A stretch of 63,573 nucleotides of DNA, filler included, from Reticulomyxa filosa (lineage: Eukaryota; Protista; Foraminifera), in the NCBI GenBank assembly GCA_000512085.1. It is 15 parts of 15 records of this genome, joined end to end, with 100 filler letters (N's around TTAATTAATTAA, not from the genome) between each part and the next. Parts side by side here need not be neighbours in the genome. Positions count along the whole stretch, not along the records: positions 49,509 to 57,737 come from ASPP01011150.1; positions 57,838 to 59,191 come from ASPP01027451.1; positions 59,292 to 61,261 come from ASPP01028525.1; positions 61,362 to 62,473 come from ASPP01012490.1; positions 62,574 to 63,573 come from ASPP01039608.1; 10 more parts are not named here. One strand, 5' to 3'. The notes below the pieces were generated by a model. It worked only from the letters and a program-made list of their open reading frames with translations. It had not been told where the DNA came from and made no database searches. Numbering within the stretch: position 1 is the stretch's first letter; each line of letters starts with the position of its first letter. The translations under genes were made by a program, and so were the position numbers. Positions 51,069 through 63,573 of this stretch are shown here, piece after piece.

Positions 51069-51408
51069 TTATTGAGGTCCGTATGATTGGAAGATAAAAA
51101 TATCTGGGAGAAGGAGAAAAAAAAATAATAACGCAGTCGACTGTTTTCTGAAATTCTCAAATTTTTTTTTATTCACAAACTGTGATGGTCATAGAAAAAC
51201 TTGGCTGGAAAAGCTTAAATGATTTTGCGGTTTTCTTTATTGCAACGGAAACGATATAACAAAACAGATAAGTTTAGATTTTTTCATATTCTTCGGTTGA
51301 AACGAAGTCAGTCAAAAAAGTTGTAAGACGTAGGAACTGTTTTTTCCCTTTTGGCATAATCACAATAGTTCATGTAATCAAACGTTTTAAATCGCCCAAT
51401 ATTGGTCA

Positions 51409-52076
51409 ATGGACAGTATTAAAATTGCTTCGTGGTTAGTGATTGGCTATTGTTACCTTGTTTGTCTCCCTGTTATCCTTTACAACTCATACCGTTTATA
51501 TCACCACAGAAATTCTGAGTCTTTCAGTTTCAAAAAAAAATCTTTACATACAACCTTTTTTGTACGCTAATCTTTAAAAAAAAAAATGCAGTAAATAATT
51601 GCATACATATATGAAACGAAGAAAAGCGGCACTCTTTCCATGTGATCGTATACTTTGCGTTGGTAATCTTCCACACGGCAGTGGAGGCACCAGCGGAGTT
51701 GGACGCATATCAGAAGACAACGAAGCGGAATAAAATATGGGGAAGTGTGGAAGATTTTGAAGTTGTAGCATTTGCGCTGGTATTTTTATCTCGATTTTGG
51801 TTATTATATTATGACTATAGATACGCAGACACAATTGCAAACGTGTCATGGCGTATAGAAATCCACCCATCATATACAAATCAAAATTGGTGGATATTAA
51901 AAAAATCAACATTTGGCAATGCAAATGTGATTGCCTTATTTTTCTTTTTGGTTTGGGTTATTTGCTGTGTTGTCGATTATGTGGTGTTTGATTACTTTGC
52001 GCGAAATGTTGCTTCATTTTTGGTTTTCAGTTCCATTTTTAAATATAAATAAATAAACATAAACATATATGTATAC

Positions 52077-52107
<31 letters not shown>

Positions 52108-52900
52108 AATATATATATATCCATTTACATATATAAAATATATATCTATTTACTTATTTGTTTATTTATGTGTGCAACGAGACGTACACACAAGAATGAG
52201 AGGAGCAAAAGAGGGACAGTTTGCTTGTGTTGATTGACGAAATTGACCAAGTTACTTTGAGAGTTTTTTGATTGGTTGTACTTTTCGTTTTACACATGAA
52301 AAGATCTCTTATCAGCCAATCAAAAAGACAAACATCACCAATAACAACACTAACACACATACAAAAAAAAAAAAAAAAAAAAGGTGTATTTGTTATTCCG
52401 ATGGCATGTGCATTTGCGACAATTTTAATAAAAGTAAAATCTTTGTCGGATGGTTTCAACATTCGAAGAGAATTAAATTCTTGCTTTGTGGTGTTCTTTG
52501 TCTCGTTTTTGTTGTATTTATTGATAATGGTTTATGGGTACTTCCGACCCGACGACATCAAAGTCCGCATGATCGCATCAACGTTTCTCATCACCACTAC
52601 AATCAACGTGGTAGCGTACATCAAAGCCTACTTCATCGTGGTGGCGGCGTACCGCAAAGACCCCGTCGACCAAGCGCTACTGGCCGAAATCGACGAGTTG
52701 CCTTTGGAGGTCTTGCTTTCCAAGCGAGATTGGTTCCAAGCCTTTATGCAGCATTTGGTGTCCGAGTTTAGCATTGAAAACCTTTTATTCACGTGCGAAG
52801 TCCAGCAATTTCGAAGTACTTTGCACTATCAAAAGTTACGTTTCTATGTGGTCAGTGTATATGTGGTTATCATAATTGATTAGAAATTGTTTTGTGGTTA

Positions 52901-52931
<31 letters not shown>

Positions 52932-53544
52932 GTATGCGTATTGAACAAACATACGCATCTTTTTTCTTTCTTTGGATTGTGATACTTGCAAAACAGGGAT
53001 GAATCGGAAACATTACCGGTGCCAGAACTGAAGCTGGGATGGCTCCCATTAGCGCCTTGCCTACAGCACGAAGACCCATGGTATCGGATGTCGTACGTCT
53101 ACTACAAGTATATACACAAGAATGCGCCTTACCAGGTGAACATCTCCGGCAAAGCGTACCGAGCATTGCAAAGATACTTCCCCGAACTCTATACCCACGT
53201 GGACTTTGACTGCGTGTTTCCAGAAGGAAGGAACCTGTCTGTGCCAAACACAAAGACCTCTTTGTCCGTCTCTCAGAACCAAGAGAAGCATCGAGACGAC
53301 GTGCTTTCCGCAATCAGGGCGCACCAAATGAAATTGAAGTTGCACATGTCTTCACCTTCCTATGGTAAGGTTCGAATGTTTGTTTTTTTTTAACAAAAAA
53401 AAAAAGGATGGCATGTTAAAGTAAATCATGCATTAAATGTTTCAAACAAAAAACAAAACAAAACAAAACAAGAAATAAGTACAATGTTATCGGCAACCAA
53501 CACATTGCAACCGAAAATGGATGATATCAATAGCGACCACCCTC

Positions 53545-53588
<44 letters not shown>

Positions 53589-54476
53589 CCGAGACCGAAC
53601 GAAGGCGGAAATGTCGCGCCTCAAGCATTGGGCGTGATCGAGAGCCAACAAAGACAGACACTGGACGAAAGTGCCGCTCCCACTCACGATCCTCGCAAGA
53701 GCTTATCCTCGGTCGAGTATAGCCACACGGCCACTGGTAGACGCGGTAAGGACGGCAATGGCAGCATTGGGATTGCAACAACCGCCGCTGTCACTGCAGG
53801 TGGTGTCACTACAAAAAAGGATCATTTTTCGGAGAAACCGTTTGCAAATGAATATGAAACATCTGTCGTTGTAGAAGATGTGCAAAACCAAATGGTCGGA
53901 AAAGAAATGGAACTTAACGCAAAGAAGGACGAGGTAGAAGAAAAAGACATTGATACCACAAGGACAAGCATGGCCGACATGGAGCTCGAAATGGTGACGA
54001 AGCAACATGTCCCGAAACAACGCTCTTCTGTAAACATGTCCTTGCAAAAGAGTCTGTTGCTGACTAACATGAACAATAACAATAGCATTGACTTTGATCA
54101 CCTTTCAAAGGGTCTGACGATCATGGACAAAAATGCAGAAGTTTCTGTGGCCGGAACAATGGTGGAAATTTCCGACGAAGTGACGCGCGAAAAGAAAATT
54201 CTGTTCCATGTGTTCAATCGTGCCGAAGATGAAATTTGGAGATTGATGAATGATTCGGTCATTCGCTTTCAACAAACCATCATGTACGAATGGCTTGTCA
54301 TTGAAAACTATGAGGGCCAACACAAAGATGGACTTATCCAAACTGGAAAAGATAAGCTATCCTCCTGGTATCGACAACTCAAACAAAGCATGTCTTTTTC
54401 CTCCACCAAATCGGGCAACATCAAAATTACTCAAGGAAATGACATCAAAGAGCCCTTATTGTCTGGAAAGCAGTAA
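51409..54476 (+). CDS. 7TM-RGS protein (multi-pass membrane N-terminus plus RGS domain)
   Basis: About 7 hydrophobic segments with RFWLLYYD and DGFNIRREL. RGS motifs: FQAFMQHLVSEFSIENLLFTCEVQQF, YYKYIHKNAPYQVNIS, VFNRAEDEIWRLMNDSVIRF. Confidence 0.88.
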
Positions 54477-55051
54477 ACTTTTTTTTTCCCTTGTTTTTGT
54501 TTGTGCTTTTTTATGTTGTTCAAACTTTGAACAACAGAAATTTTTTTTACATCCCCTCATTAAAAAAAAGAAAAACAAAAAAACTTGTTCAATAAGTTAC
54601 ATAAGATATTTTTTTTTTTTTTTTGCTATGACAACCTTTTTCTTTGATTCATATAAGATGTTTAAAACATTAAAATGGTTAAACAAAGAGCTGGGAACAA
54701 ATAATCCCACACAAAAAATGAACGAAAAGTAAACATTACAAAAAGTCTTTGATCATTTAACTCTCCCACCGTCCGAATATAAATTATTTCAAAACAAATA
54801 AATGAAAGTTTACCAATGACAAACTGGTAACAAGACGGTTTTGCAGAGAACATAATAAAAGATTCTAATATTTAACCCTTTTATTTACAATGAAAAATAT
54901 ATTTTGTCGTTTCATCTTATTAAAATGAACTTATGACAAGAAAGACAACAATTGAGTAAATTAGTAGCACGTTTTCATTGCAATTCTTTTTTTGACAGTG
55001 TAACTGCTCCCGAACGAGAGAGAAAAAAAGCTCTTTCTCGGTTAAAAAGCT

Positions 55052-57197
55052 ATGTCGTTTTCAGTACAACAAGAAGTTTCTGTGGGGCCATTAATTCAAC
55101 TCGAGTATTTACCAAGTGAAGCCACATTAGAAAAAGTGGAAAAAATGAAGCAAAAAGTGGCAAGCACAGTGCAAAACCGGATACGGTTCCAAGAAGAAAG
55201 GGAGAAGCGGCTGATGCAAGTGAACAAGAAATTGCAACAAAGCACCTTAGATGTCGACAAGAAAACGCAATATTTGGAGACATTTTTGAAAAACGAAAGA
55301 AACGTATTGCGAAAAGAACGGCACAAAGTGGCATTGAAAGACTTTACTTTAATTCGAGTGATAGGAAAAGGAGGCTTTGGAGAAGTGCGAGTGGTTCGAA
55401 ACAAGCATAGCCAACAAGTGTTTGCAATGAAAACGATGCGCAAACGAGACATGGTTGACCGTCACCAAGTCGTTTGTGCCAAATGTTTTGTTCTTTTTTG
55501 TTTTTTTTAATAAATAAATAAGGATATACATATATATATATAATCTTTCTACGTATACGTCGTATAAATACGTAACAATCAAAATGAAAAAATAGCGGAA
55601 AAAGCGTTAATGGAAAAAGCGATTGAAAACCGATACTTAGTAAAATTGCATTATTCATTTCAAGACGATACATACTTATACTTGGTGATGGAATATTGTG
55701 GAGGAGGCGATTTTATGGGTCTTCTAGTGAAACTAGATCTTTTGACAGAAGCACAGACGGCATTTTATATTGCGGAAATAACCTTGGCCATTCACGCAGT
55801 GCACGAACTCGGATTTGTACACAGAGACTTAAAACCAGATAATATTTTGATTGCAAGTAATGGCCACGTCAAACTCACTGACTTTGGTTTGGCAAAGGAA
55901 TTCAACACTTTGACAGATACATTTGTCGATACGTATACCGAAAACGCGGAAACGTCTTGCGCATATTACGATCACTGTTGTTGCAAGGAATACAAAGCAA
56001 AGGCCGCTCTTCGTAGGAGAGACCGAAAACTAATGTATTCCACAGTCGGTTAAATTATCTTTTTGTACATATTTATATATGTATACATATATATGTGTAT
56101 ATATGTTGCACATTTTCTTAGTTCTGTATACGAAGCAAATCTATTATATACATATATATAATAGGTGCAAAAATTTTTTAAAAAGTTAAACAAAACACAA
56201 TATAAAAAATAAATACGCACACAAAAAAAAAAGGGACTCCGGATTATATTGCACCGGAGGTGTTCCGTCGCACAGGGTATGATAAGATGGTGGATTGGTG
56301 GTCCATGGGTGTCATATTGTTTGAGGCATTAATGGGGTATCCTCCTTTCTACGACGATGACTTGTTACGCACTTGCGACAAGATTGTGCATTATCGCCAA
56401 TACTTTAATATCCCGAACGAAGTCGACATTTCTCCTTCCTGTACAGATTTGATCCGAAACCTGCTCTGCAGTCGAAAAAAGAGATTCGGATTTTCTCAAA
56501 TCCACACTCATCCGTGGTTTCGAGAACGCAAGTTTAGAGCCCTTTTTTTTTTTTTTTGCTCCGTCTTTGTCAATCCTCTGCAAGATTGATCGAAAGGAAA
56601 AAAAAAAGGGGAAGAGAGGACAACTCCGATGTTGGAAAGCAAATAGTTGTATTATGCACATATATATGTATATTAATGTTTAAAAATATATAAAAAAGGA
56701 TAAATTTCAATAAAATGAATAATACTCGACCGCCTTTTATTCCTTGCTTGCGACATGACACCGACGGGCACTTTACTGCATTCGAAACCGAGCAAAAGGA
56801 TATTACAGAAGAAAAAGAGTTTGGAGCCAGCAAGCCAACGAGTAACTCCCACTTTTGGGGCTACACTTTCAAGGCTCCGGTGGATTTGCACGGCCCACAG
56901 TTGGAAGAGTTGTTCAAACAAATTGAAAAAGAAGACGATGAACTCAAGCAGCAGTTGTCTGTAGAGGATAACAATATCAATAATGATCATAATATTGAGG
57001 AAAAAGAAAATGAGTGTGAATATCACTCCGAAAGACAAGAACACTACGATAAACCTAGGCATAATCGCAACTTGAGCTCGGAACATGCTCATATTCATTT
57101 TCGAGCTTCCCCTTCACCTATCTTTCTCGATTATTGTAACGACTCCAAATCACCTTCACCTGTTATACTTTGGACTGCAGGGTCCTTGCAGACATAA
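55052..57197 (+). CDS. NDR/LATS-family AGC kinase (STK38/Cbk1-like), 4 exons
   Basis: N-terminal MOB-binding region; [39 protein letters not shown]; hydrophobic motif FWGYTF. Confidence 0.95.
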
Positions 57198-59543
57198 CAG
57201 ATAATAACGTTTCTCTCGATTTCGCTGTTTTCCTGTATTATTTAAATTGATTAATAAAAAAATTGAAATTTAAATTAAACTAAAAGTGTAATGTATTATT
57301 ACATCACATTCTTTTTTTTTTTCCTTGTTTCCATTCGTAAATGTTTTTCAGTTTTTTTTTAGTTGAGTGTTTTGTAAATTTGGTTCACAATCTGGTTTTT
57401 CTCTTATGTTTTACTTTCAAAAATGACATATCACTTTTGTGCTCCTAGCACATTTGAATAAAGCATTTCTTAAACAAAATGAAAGAAAAAAAGGGATTAC
57501 TTTATTATTAAAAAATAATAATTGGTCAAATCGTTGAGAGCAACAAGAATATATATATTTATTTTTTTGACAAACAATGTTGTCACGAGTGACTTTGTCT
57601 CTGTTGCAAGTATTATCAACACAACAAACATACATATATATATATATATATATATAACGCGACTAATTAAGGGGGTACAGTAAATATATGTTGACAAATG
57701 TGCACAAACAAACAAACAAATAAATAAATAAATAAATNNNNNNNNNNNNNNNNNNNNNNNNNNNNNNNNNNNNNNNNNNNNTTAATTAATTAANNNNNNN
57801 NNNNNNNNNNNNNNNNNNNNNNNNNNNNNNNNNNNNNCTCCCTTCAAAGTCATTTGAAACAATGAAACGTAGAATGAAATAATTCAGTCATTTTTCAACG
57901 AACACCAATATCCAGATATTTTCACATAATTAATTTTGGAAGCGAAAGAGGCGTGTGTGGCTGCAAACAATAGTTTGTATTTCACTTCCATACATGTCAT
58001 TGATATAGATTTATCATGCTAGTCCTCTTCATCCACTTTGTCTCTGTGTGGAAGTGGACCACACGCATTGCTTCTCACAATCGATTCACGTTTCTTTGTA
58101 TTGATACTTTGCCATTGTCATCTCTTGTTCATACGATGCATTGCTGCTTGTTATATTGCTGGAAATAGCCCATATATCCCCTACTACCATTGATCTACAC
58201 TTTTTCCTCTACTCTTTCATTTCTTTTAACCTAATGTAAGTCACTTCACAATGAAAGGGGTTTGTTTTTGATGGAGATATATCACAATAACTAAAAACAT
58301 GACACAAACAACATACATCCACACTGACTTTCAAAGAGAGCTTCTATTCTTCACTTCTGATTTATTTTCTTTATTTTCTTGTCATTTTATATGTTTTTTT
58401 TTCCCCCTCATTGTTGTGATTTTATGTTCGGATACGATGTGTTCACTCTTGTATTGAATTTGAATGATGGATGACAATGAAAGTTTTTCCGTCGAATATG
58501 CATTCACTTGAATATCTCCGTCATTCCCTATTGCCATCGTCCAAAGATACAGTCACATTTACATCATTACAACTCGGATAAATTGTATTCTCGTTTTTGT
58601 TTTAGATTTTGTGTATGATATGATGGATTAATTTGTAAACTCACCACAAAGCGATCCACTATTGAGATATAACTATGATATGTACCAAAAGAAAGCCGAG
58701 TTGGATAACTACACGATTGCGCTGCGTTCTGTCGATAGACATAGCTTCACATTGTCTCCCTTCGTCCTCGATGTGATCAGTAATGTAATTGTGTGACTTG
58801 CTCCTGACATACCAATTAGCCAATTTGTTGAAAATTGCTTAGCCTGATTTCTGTTCATTTGTTTGCCGAAGCTACCCATGCAATTGTATCTAGCAATGCC
58901 TTTATCTAATGTACACATATTCGACGACAATTGAAAGCTTTGTTACAATATGTTGATTGACTGCATTCAACATTTGATTGCTTGTGGCAATACGAATTTG
59001 GAGAGAATGCAATTTGAACGGCGCTATTGTTGGAAGCACTCAATTGTTTGCAAACAGTACCATACCACATATTGGCGAGGATAACGTGCTCAATGAGTCC
59101 ACTACGTGATTTAAATCTTACTGAATTCAATGTCTGCACAATCAAAGATATGTCACTCATATACGTGTTATATGCCGATGATGCTTTGGACNNNNNNNNN
59201 NNNNNNNNNNNNNNNNNNNNNNNNNNNNNNNNNNNTTAATTAATTAANNNNNNNNNNNNNNNNNNNNNNNNNNNNNNNNNNNNNNNNNNNNGTGCTTACG
59301 GTACTGTCAAATACTGATTTGAAATTTATTGATTTCATTTGTTTTTTGACTATCACTTGACTTATTATTACTTTGAACATCTCGAGATAAACGTAGAAAT
59401 GGATATCAACGAATTTTTACATATTTCTGTTGGACCCCTATTTTGCAGTACCAAGACCCAATTGCGGCAGATCATTGACTTTACAACAAAGGGAAAGTTC
59501 GCACTTGAAAAAAAAAGTAGGAAAGCTTGTTTTGGGAAGACTA

Positions 59544-61261
59544 TTAATTCCTTGCAAGTAATAAATTCATTGTTAACTCAAACAACCTTTTTTTTTTCCC
59601 CACGTGATGTTTTTTTTTATTATTAATAATATTATTATTGTTATTATTATTATGATTGCTGTTATTGTTAATATTGTTATGGTGGTGACTGTTGTTAATG
59701 TTGTGATTGATAGTGTTATTATTCGCATTATTTGTATGGACACTAGTGATGGTCGGCGCCCTCATGGTAACAAAGTTGTTCCCAACGGTCATGGGATTCG
59801 CAGTCACTCCGTTGTTCGCCAGCATGGTGGCAAAAGCTCTGGTACCGGTATTGGTATTGCCATTGGTCATAAGGAATGGAGCGAACACGCTCAAGCCGCC
59901 ATCTGCTTGACCCGTGTTAATAGGGTTGGGATTGTTGTAGAGTGTGTCATTACCGCCATGTCCGGAACGTGAGTGTGCGGACGTATTGCTAATATTGGAG
60001 TTTAAAGAGCCTTGTCTGGATAGTACTTGTGGAACCAACGTCGGTGGCGTCGTCGTCGTCGCCGCTGCTGTTGTTGTTGTTGTTGCTGCTGTCGCTGTTG
60101 TCGTGTTTGCAGTCATTTTAGAGACATCAAAAGCAAGCGATCCCATCATATGTGCGCCCAACTGTGTGGTCGAATGCAACGACGTCTGAGGATTGGCCAA
60201 AAATGCATTGCCACTATTGATCATAGCGTTATTGTGCAAATGTGTTGGAGTGGCGTTGCCATCGTGATGGTGTCTTTGTATGGGCATGGTCAAGGGAGCG
60301 ACACTAGTGACAGGGGTGGTCGTCTTATCCATATGGAAGTGATTTTCATGTGGTATCGTGTACGCCTGTGGACTGGCCGTCAGCAGTTGCGGATTGAGTC
60401 CACCGCCTTTGGTCATCGAAAATGTCGGAGTCATTGCTGACATCATCGTCGCCGTCCCAGTACCCGACAAGGTGATATGGCCCAGTTTCACATGTCCACT
60501 GTTGTCCGCAGTGGTCATCATGGTCGTCGTTGTCATCGCTGTTGATGGAAGCGTACCGCTCTGATGGTGGTGGGAATGGTGGACTGTTGTCGCTTTGCTC
60601 GTCGCACTCTCTTTCGTGCTCGTTGTCGACGGAGTAAACGCTTCCGCGTCAGGGTTCATACCTTGGCTGCTAGCACTGCCTATTCAAGACATTTCGATAC
60701 AACAACAATAATAATAATAATAATAATAATAACATGTGAACAAATGAAGAATATACTTCAAATGGATCGATTGATTTCAATTAGCAACCAATTCAAAAAA
60801 AAAAAAAATTGCAAAACTGTGTGGCAATTGGCGATGATGATGATGTTGATGATGATGTGTGTCTCCGGAATGGGCTGTGTTTTGCTGAGCAAGCGTTTTT
60901 CCCGTGCGGAGTTGTTCCAGGGAGGAACTGGCCGACACAGAAGGGGCGGCCATGGTTCGGTCGTCCACCAAAGACGAGGAGCCGTTGGAACCAAAGAAGC
61001 GGTCAGACAGCTTGTTGTTCTCGGGCATTTTCACAGGCGGACGCGACGGCTTCGGAGCTGCTTCGGTCGACACCACGCCAAAGTATGTGTTTGTTGTGCC
61101 TAGCTTGGCGTCATGGACTGCTGACATATGCATAGATAAGTCCGTCACGTCGTTGCCACTGGTTTTGACGACAACCACCGAAGAAGGGATGGAGGATGAG
61201 GACGACGAAGCTGAAGCCGAAGAAGAAGAAGAAGAAGAAGAAGAAGAAGAAGAAGAAGGGG
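59544..61261 (-). CDS. Low-complexity T/N/H-rich protein fragment with PAM2-like motif
   Basis: Two exons (~60815-61261 and ~59600-60679). SQGMNPDAEAFTPS resembles the PAM2 consensus LNxxAxEFxP. Confidence 0.55.
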
Positions 61262-61361
61262 NNNNNNNNNNNNNNNNNNNNNNNNNNNNNNNNNNNNNNN
61301 NNNNNTTAATTAATTAANNNNNNNNNNNNNNNNNNNNNNNNNNNNNNNNNNNNNNNNNNNN

Positions 61362-62186
61362 GCAGCCCAGGCAGCGTTCAGCGCTTCGGAGCGGGCACCT
61401 TTCTGGCGGATGCGGAAGGCGTTGGCGATGGCTTCGCCGGAGATGTCACGGATCTGGGCGATCAGCGCTTCGTTCTTGGCCGGCGCTTCCCAGTCCCACA
61501 TTACCGGGTTCACTTCGTCAGCAAACTCGTTGATGGCTGTAATGGCAGCCTGCATCTGGTCGTGACCGAATACCACGGCGCCCAGCATCACGGCTTCGGA
61601 CAGCTCTTTGGCTTCCGATTCCACCATCAGCACGGCACGTTCGGTACCGGCAACCACCAGGTCCATTTCCGAGGTCAGCAGTTCGGTCTTGGTCGGGTTC
61701 AGGATGTATTCGCCGTTGGCGTAGCCCAGCGAGCCGCACCGATCGGGCCGTTGAACGGCAGGCCGGAGATGGCCAGCGCAGCGGAGGCACCGATCATGGC
61801 CGGAATGTCGGAATCTACTTCCGGGTTCAGCGACATCACGGTGGCCACGATTTGTACGTCGTGGTAGAAGCCTTCCGGGAACAGCGGACGGATCGGGCGA
61901 TCGATCAGGCGGCTGGTCAGGATTTCTTTTTCGGACTGTTTGCCTTCACGCTTGAGAAACCGCCCGGGATTTTGCCGGCAGCGTAGGTACGCTCCAGGTA
62001 GTCCACGGTCAGCGGGAAGAAATCCTGGCCCGGCTTGACGTTTTTGGAGCCGACAACCGACACCAGAACCACGGTGTCTTCCACCGATACCAGCACGGCG
62101 CCAGAGGCCTGGCGTGCTACTTCGCCGGTTTCCAGGGTGACGGTATGTTTGCCGTACTGGAACGACTTGCTTACTTTGTTAAACAC
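61362..62186 (-). CDS. pnp: Polyribonucleotide nucleotidyltransferase (PNPase), 5' part, bacterial; two 1-nt frameshifts
   Basis: [37 protein letters not shown](F)[37 protein letters not shown]-rich and intronless, with a GTG start and upstream AAAGGG. Confidence 0.97.
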
Positions 62187-62214
62187 TTGAGGTGCCCTTT
62201 ATAGGTACTTTATG

Positions 62215-62276
62215 CAACGGGAACCCCTATCAATCAGCACCGGCTCGATGCGGATTTATAGAGGCTCCCCCCGTTG
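62215..62276 (-). promoter_or_regulatory. Imperfect stem-loop in the pnp leader, candidate RNase III autoregulatory stem
   Basis: CAACGGG..CCCCTAT pairs with ATAGAGG..CCCGTTG. Its position matches the RNase III-cleaved pnp leader known in E. coli. Confidence 0.5.
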
Positions 62277-62311
62277 ACTCAATAGATGCGTAAAACAGGT
62301 ACTGCAGAAAC

Positions 62312-62341
62312 GAAAAAGTCGCAGACGGGCTGCGACTTTTC
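62312..62341 (-). terminator. Rho-independent terminator after rpsO
   Basis: AAAAGTCGCAG-CCCGT-CTGCGACTTTTT on the minus strand, ~15 nt after the rpsO stop. Confidence 0.88.
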
Positions 62342-62355
62342 CGAATTCAAACCGA

Positions 62356-62473
62356 TTACTTGCGCAGACCCAGACGAGCGATCAGAGCGCGGTAGCCTTC
62401 AGCATCGGTGCGCTTGAGGTAGTCAAGCAGACGACGACGACGGCTCACCAGTTTCAGCAGGCCGCGACGGCTG
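62356..62473 (-). CDS. rpsO: 30S ribosomal protein S15, 3' part, bacterial
   Basis: Manual translation [38 protein letters not shown]. Canonical rpsO-pnp order. Confidence 0.97.
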
Positions 62474-63573
62474 NNNNNNNNNNNNNNNNNNNNNNNNNNN
62501 NNNNNNNNNNNNNNNNNTTAATTAATTAANNNNNNNNNNNNNNNNNNNNNNNNNNNNNNNNNNNNNNNNNNNNATAGGATTGCTATCTCAAGTGTTACAA
62601 ATATCCAAATAATCTTAACTAGTGAAAGCGACCAAGCATGATCTGAATAAACATTTCTACAGAAGATATAGTATTTAGCAATGTTTACAAAGGAAGTCTT
62701 TTGTGCAACTGCAACGATTCAAAATTATTTCAAATGTCAATAAAAGTTAATTCAAAGCTTTGATATAAATGAATTAGCTTGAATAATTTAAATTTTTATA
62801 ATATCTAAAAAATACTAACATTTACATTATGAAAGAAAGTTTTGAAGTAAATAATTGTGGTACGTGTAGTACCAACATTGTCAGAAATCCAAGTGAACCT
62901 CAGAACACCCTTTATTCTGGTTCACACTCACTTCACTCATCAGCCTTTCGCTCTTAGTTTTGCTTGTTTGTTTTTGATCATTATTTTCTCGTTATTTAAC
63001 AAATTTCTTTTTGTTGAAAGAAGAGCTAGTCAACCTTTTGTATTACACAAAAGAATAATATATTTGAATAACGTGTTTTTCATCAATAGATTATATACTA
63101 CGTACACCAGCAATAAAATAATACTTTGTTTAATTTAATTTTTTATTGTGATGTCAGAATTTTTAATTTATTTAAGTGTAGAATTCATATAATATCAATG
63201 TAATACGAACTAACATTATTATTTAATATGATATTCATAATATATATAAACAACAATTATCACTTGGATTTTAATATTATACATATTATGTCGTACATTT
63301 ACCAAAATTTACTTTGTAAAATGTATTATTCTTTCAGTATATTTTTACATGTTTTTTATCAATATTACATCATTAATCTAATTGTTGCATTAGTTTTCTT
63401 TTGTTTTAAATTAATCTTTTTTTATAATTGCTGTTTATAAGTTTCATTGTTAGTAAATTTCTTTCATATTATCTTACAAAATATCTTATTATAAGTATAT
63501 TAAATTAATTTTTCATTTATTTCACAATATTATATTTTTAGTATAAACTAATTAAACTTATGTTTTATTCTAT

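Noticed and set aside
57838-59191. YADD (LYADDALD, ~59170) as a reverse transcriptase active site
   Set aside because: No upstream QG/SP motif context, only short broken ORFs, and it lies at the contig edge. The contig may be a decayed element, but I cannot support a call.
61362-62473. Horizontal transfer of pnp into the eukaryote
   Set aside because: The whole contig is bacterial with native operon signals and no junction to host sequence.

Overview
The window is not a contiguous locus. It is 15 short contigs joined by 14 identical artificial 100-bp linkers (N44-TTAATTAATTAA-N44). Thirteen or fourteen contigs come from an AT-rich, intron-containing eukaryote with short GT-AG introns full of homopolymer and (TA)n runs and Asn/Gln/Thr-rich low-complexity proteins. 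The style suggests a protist, possibly a foraminiferan such as Reticulomyxa, but this is inference. One contig (61362-62473) is bacterial (betaproteobacterial rpsO-pnp). Recognisable eukaryotic genes include an axonemal dynein heavy chain, a neprilysin/M13 peptidase, ZNHIT3-like, CFAP418-like, two SLC35 transporters, RUVBL1, an acyltransferase-3, a RasGAP, a formin N-terminus, an RNF213-like AAA+ protein, a RING E3, TMEM184, a 7TM-RGS and an NDR kinase. The standout is contig 1 (1-9591), an internal piece of one giant minus-strand gene of roughly 2,800+ aa that is open at both ends. It carries about 25 tandem, non-canonical CAP-Gly domains arranged largely as an alternating two-domain super-repeat, punctuated by three PYM/eIF2A-like helical hairpins. 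It is a candidate undescribed microtubule-lattice or protofilament scaffold. Other notable items are a RING-H2 with Glu replacing a Zn-ligand Cys, poly-A 3' splice sites, a MITE-like inverted repeat, a split RGS domain and a FLYWCH/WRKY-like finger. Most single-base frameshifts fall in homopolymer runs and are best explained as sequencing errors.
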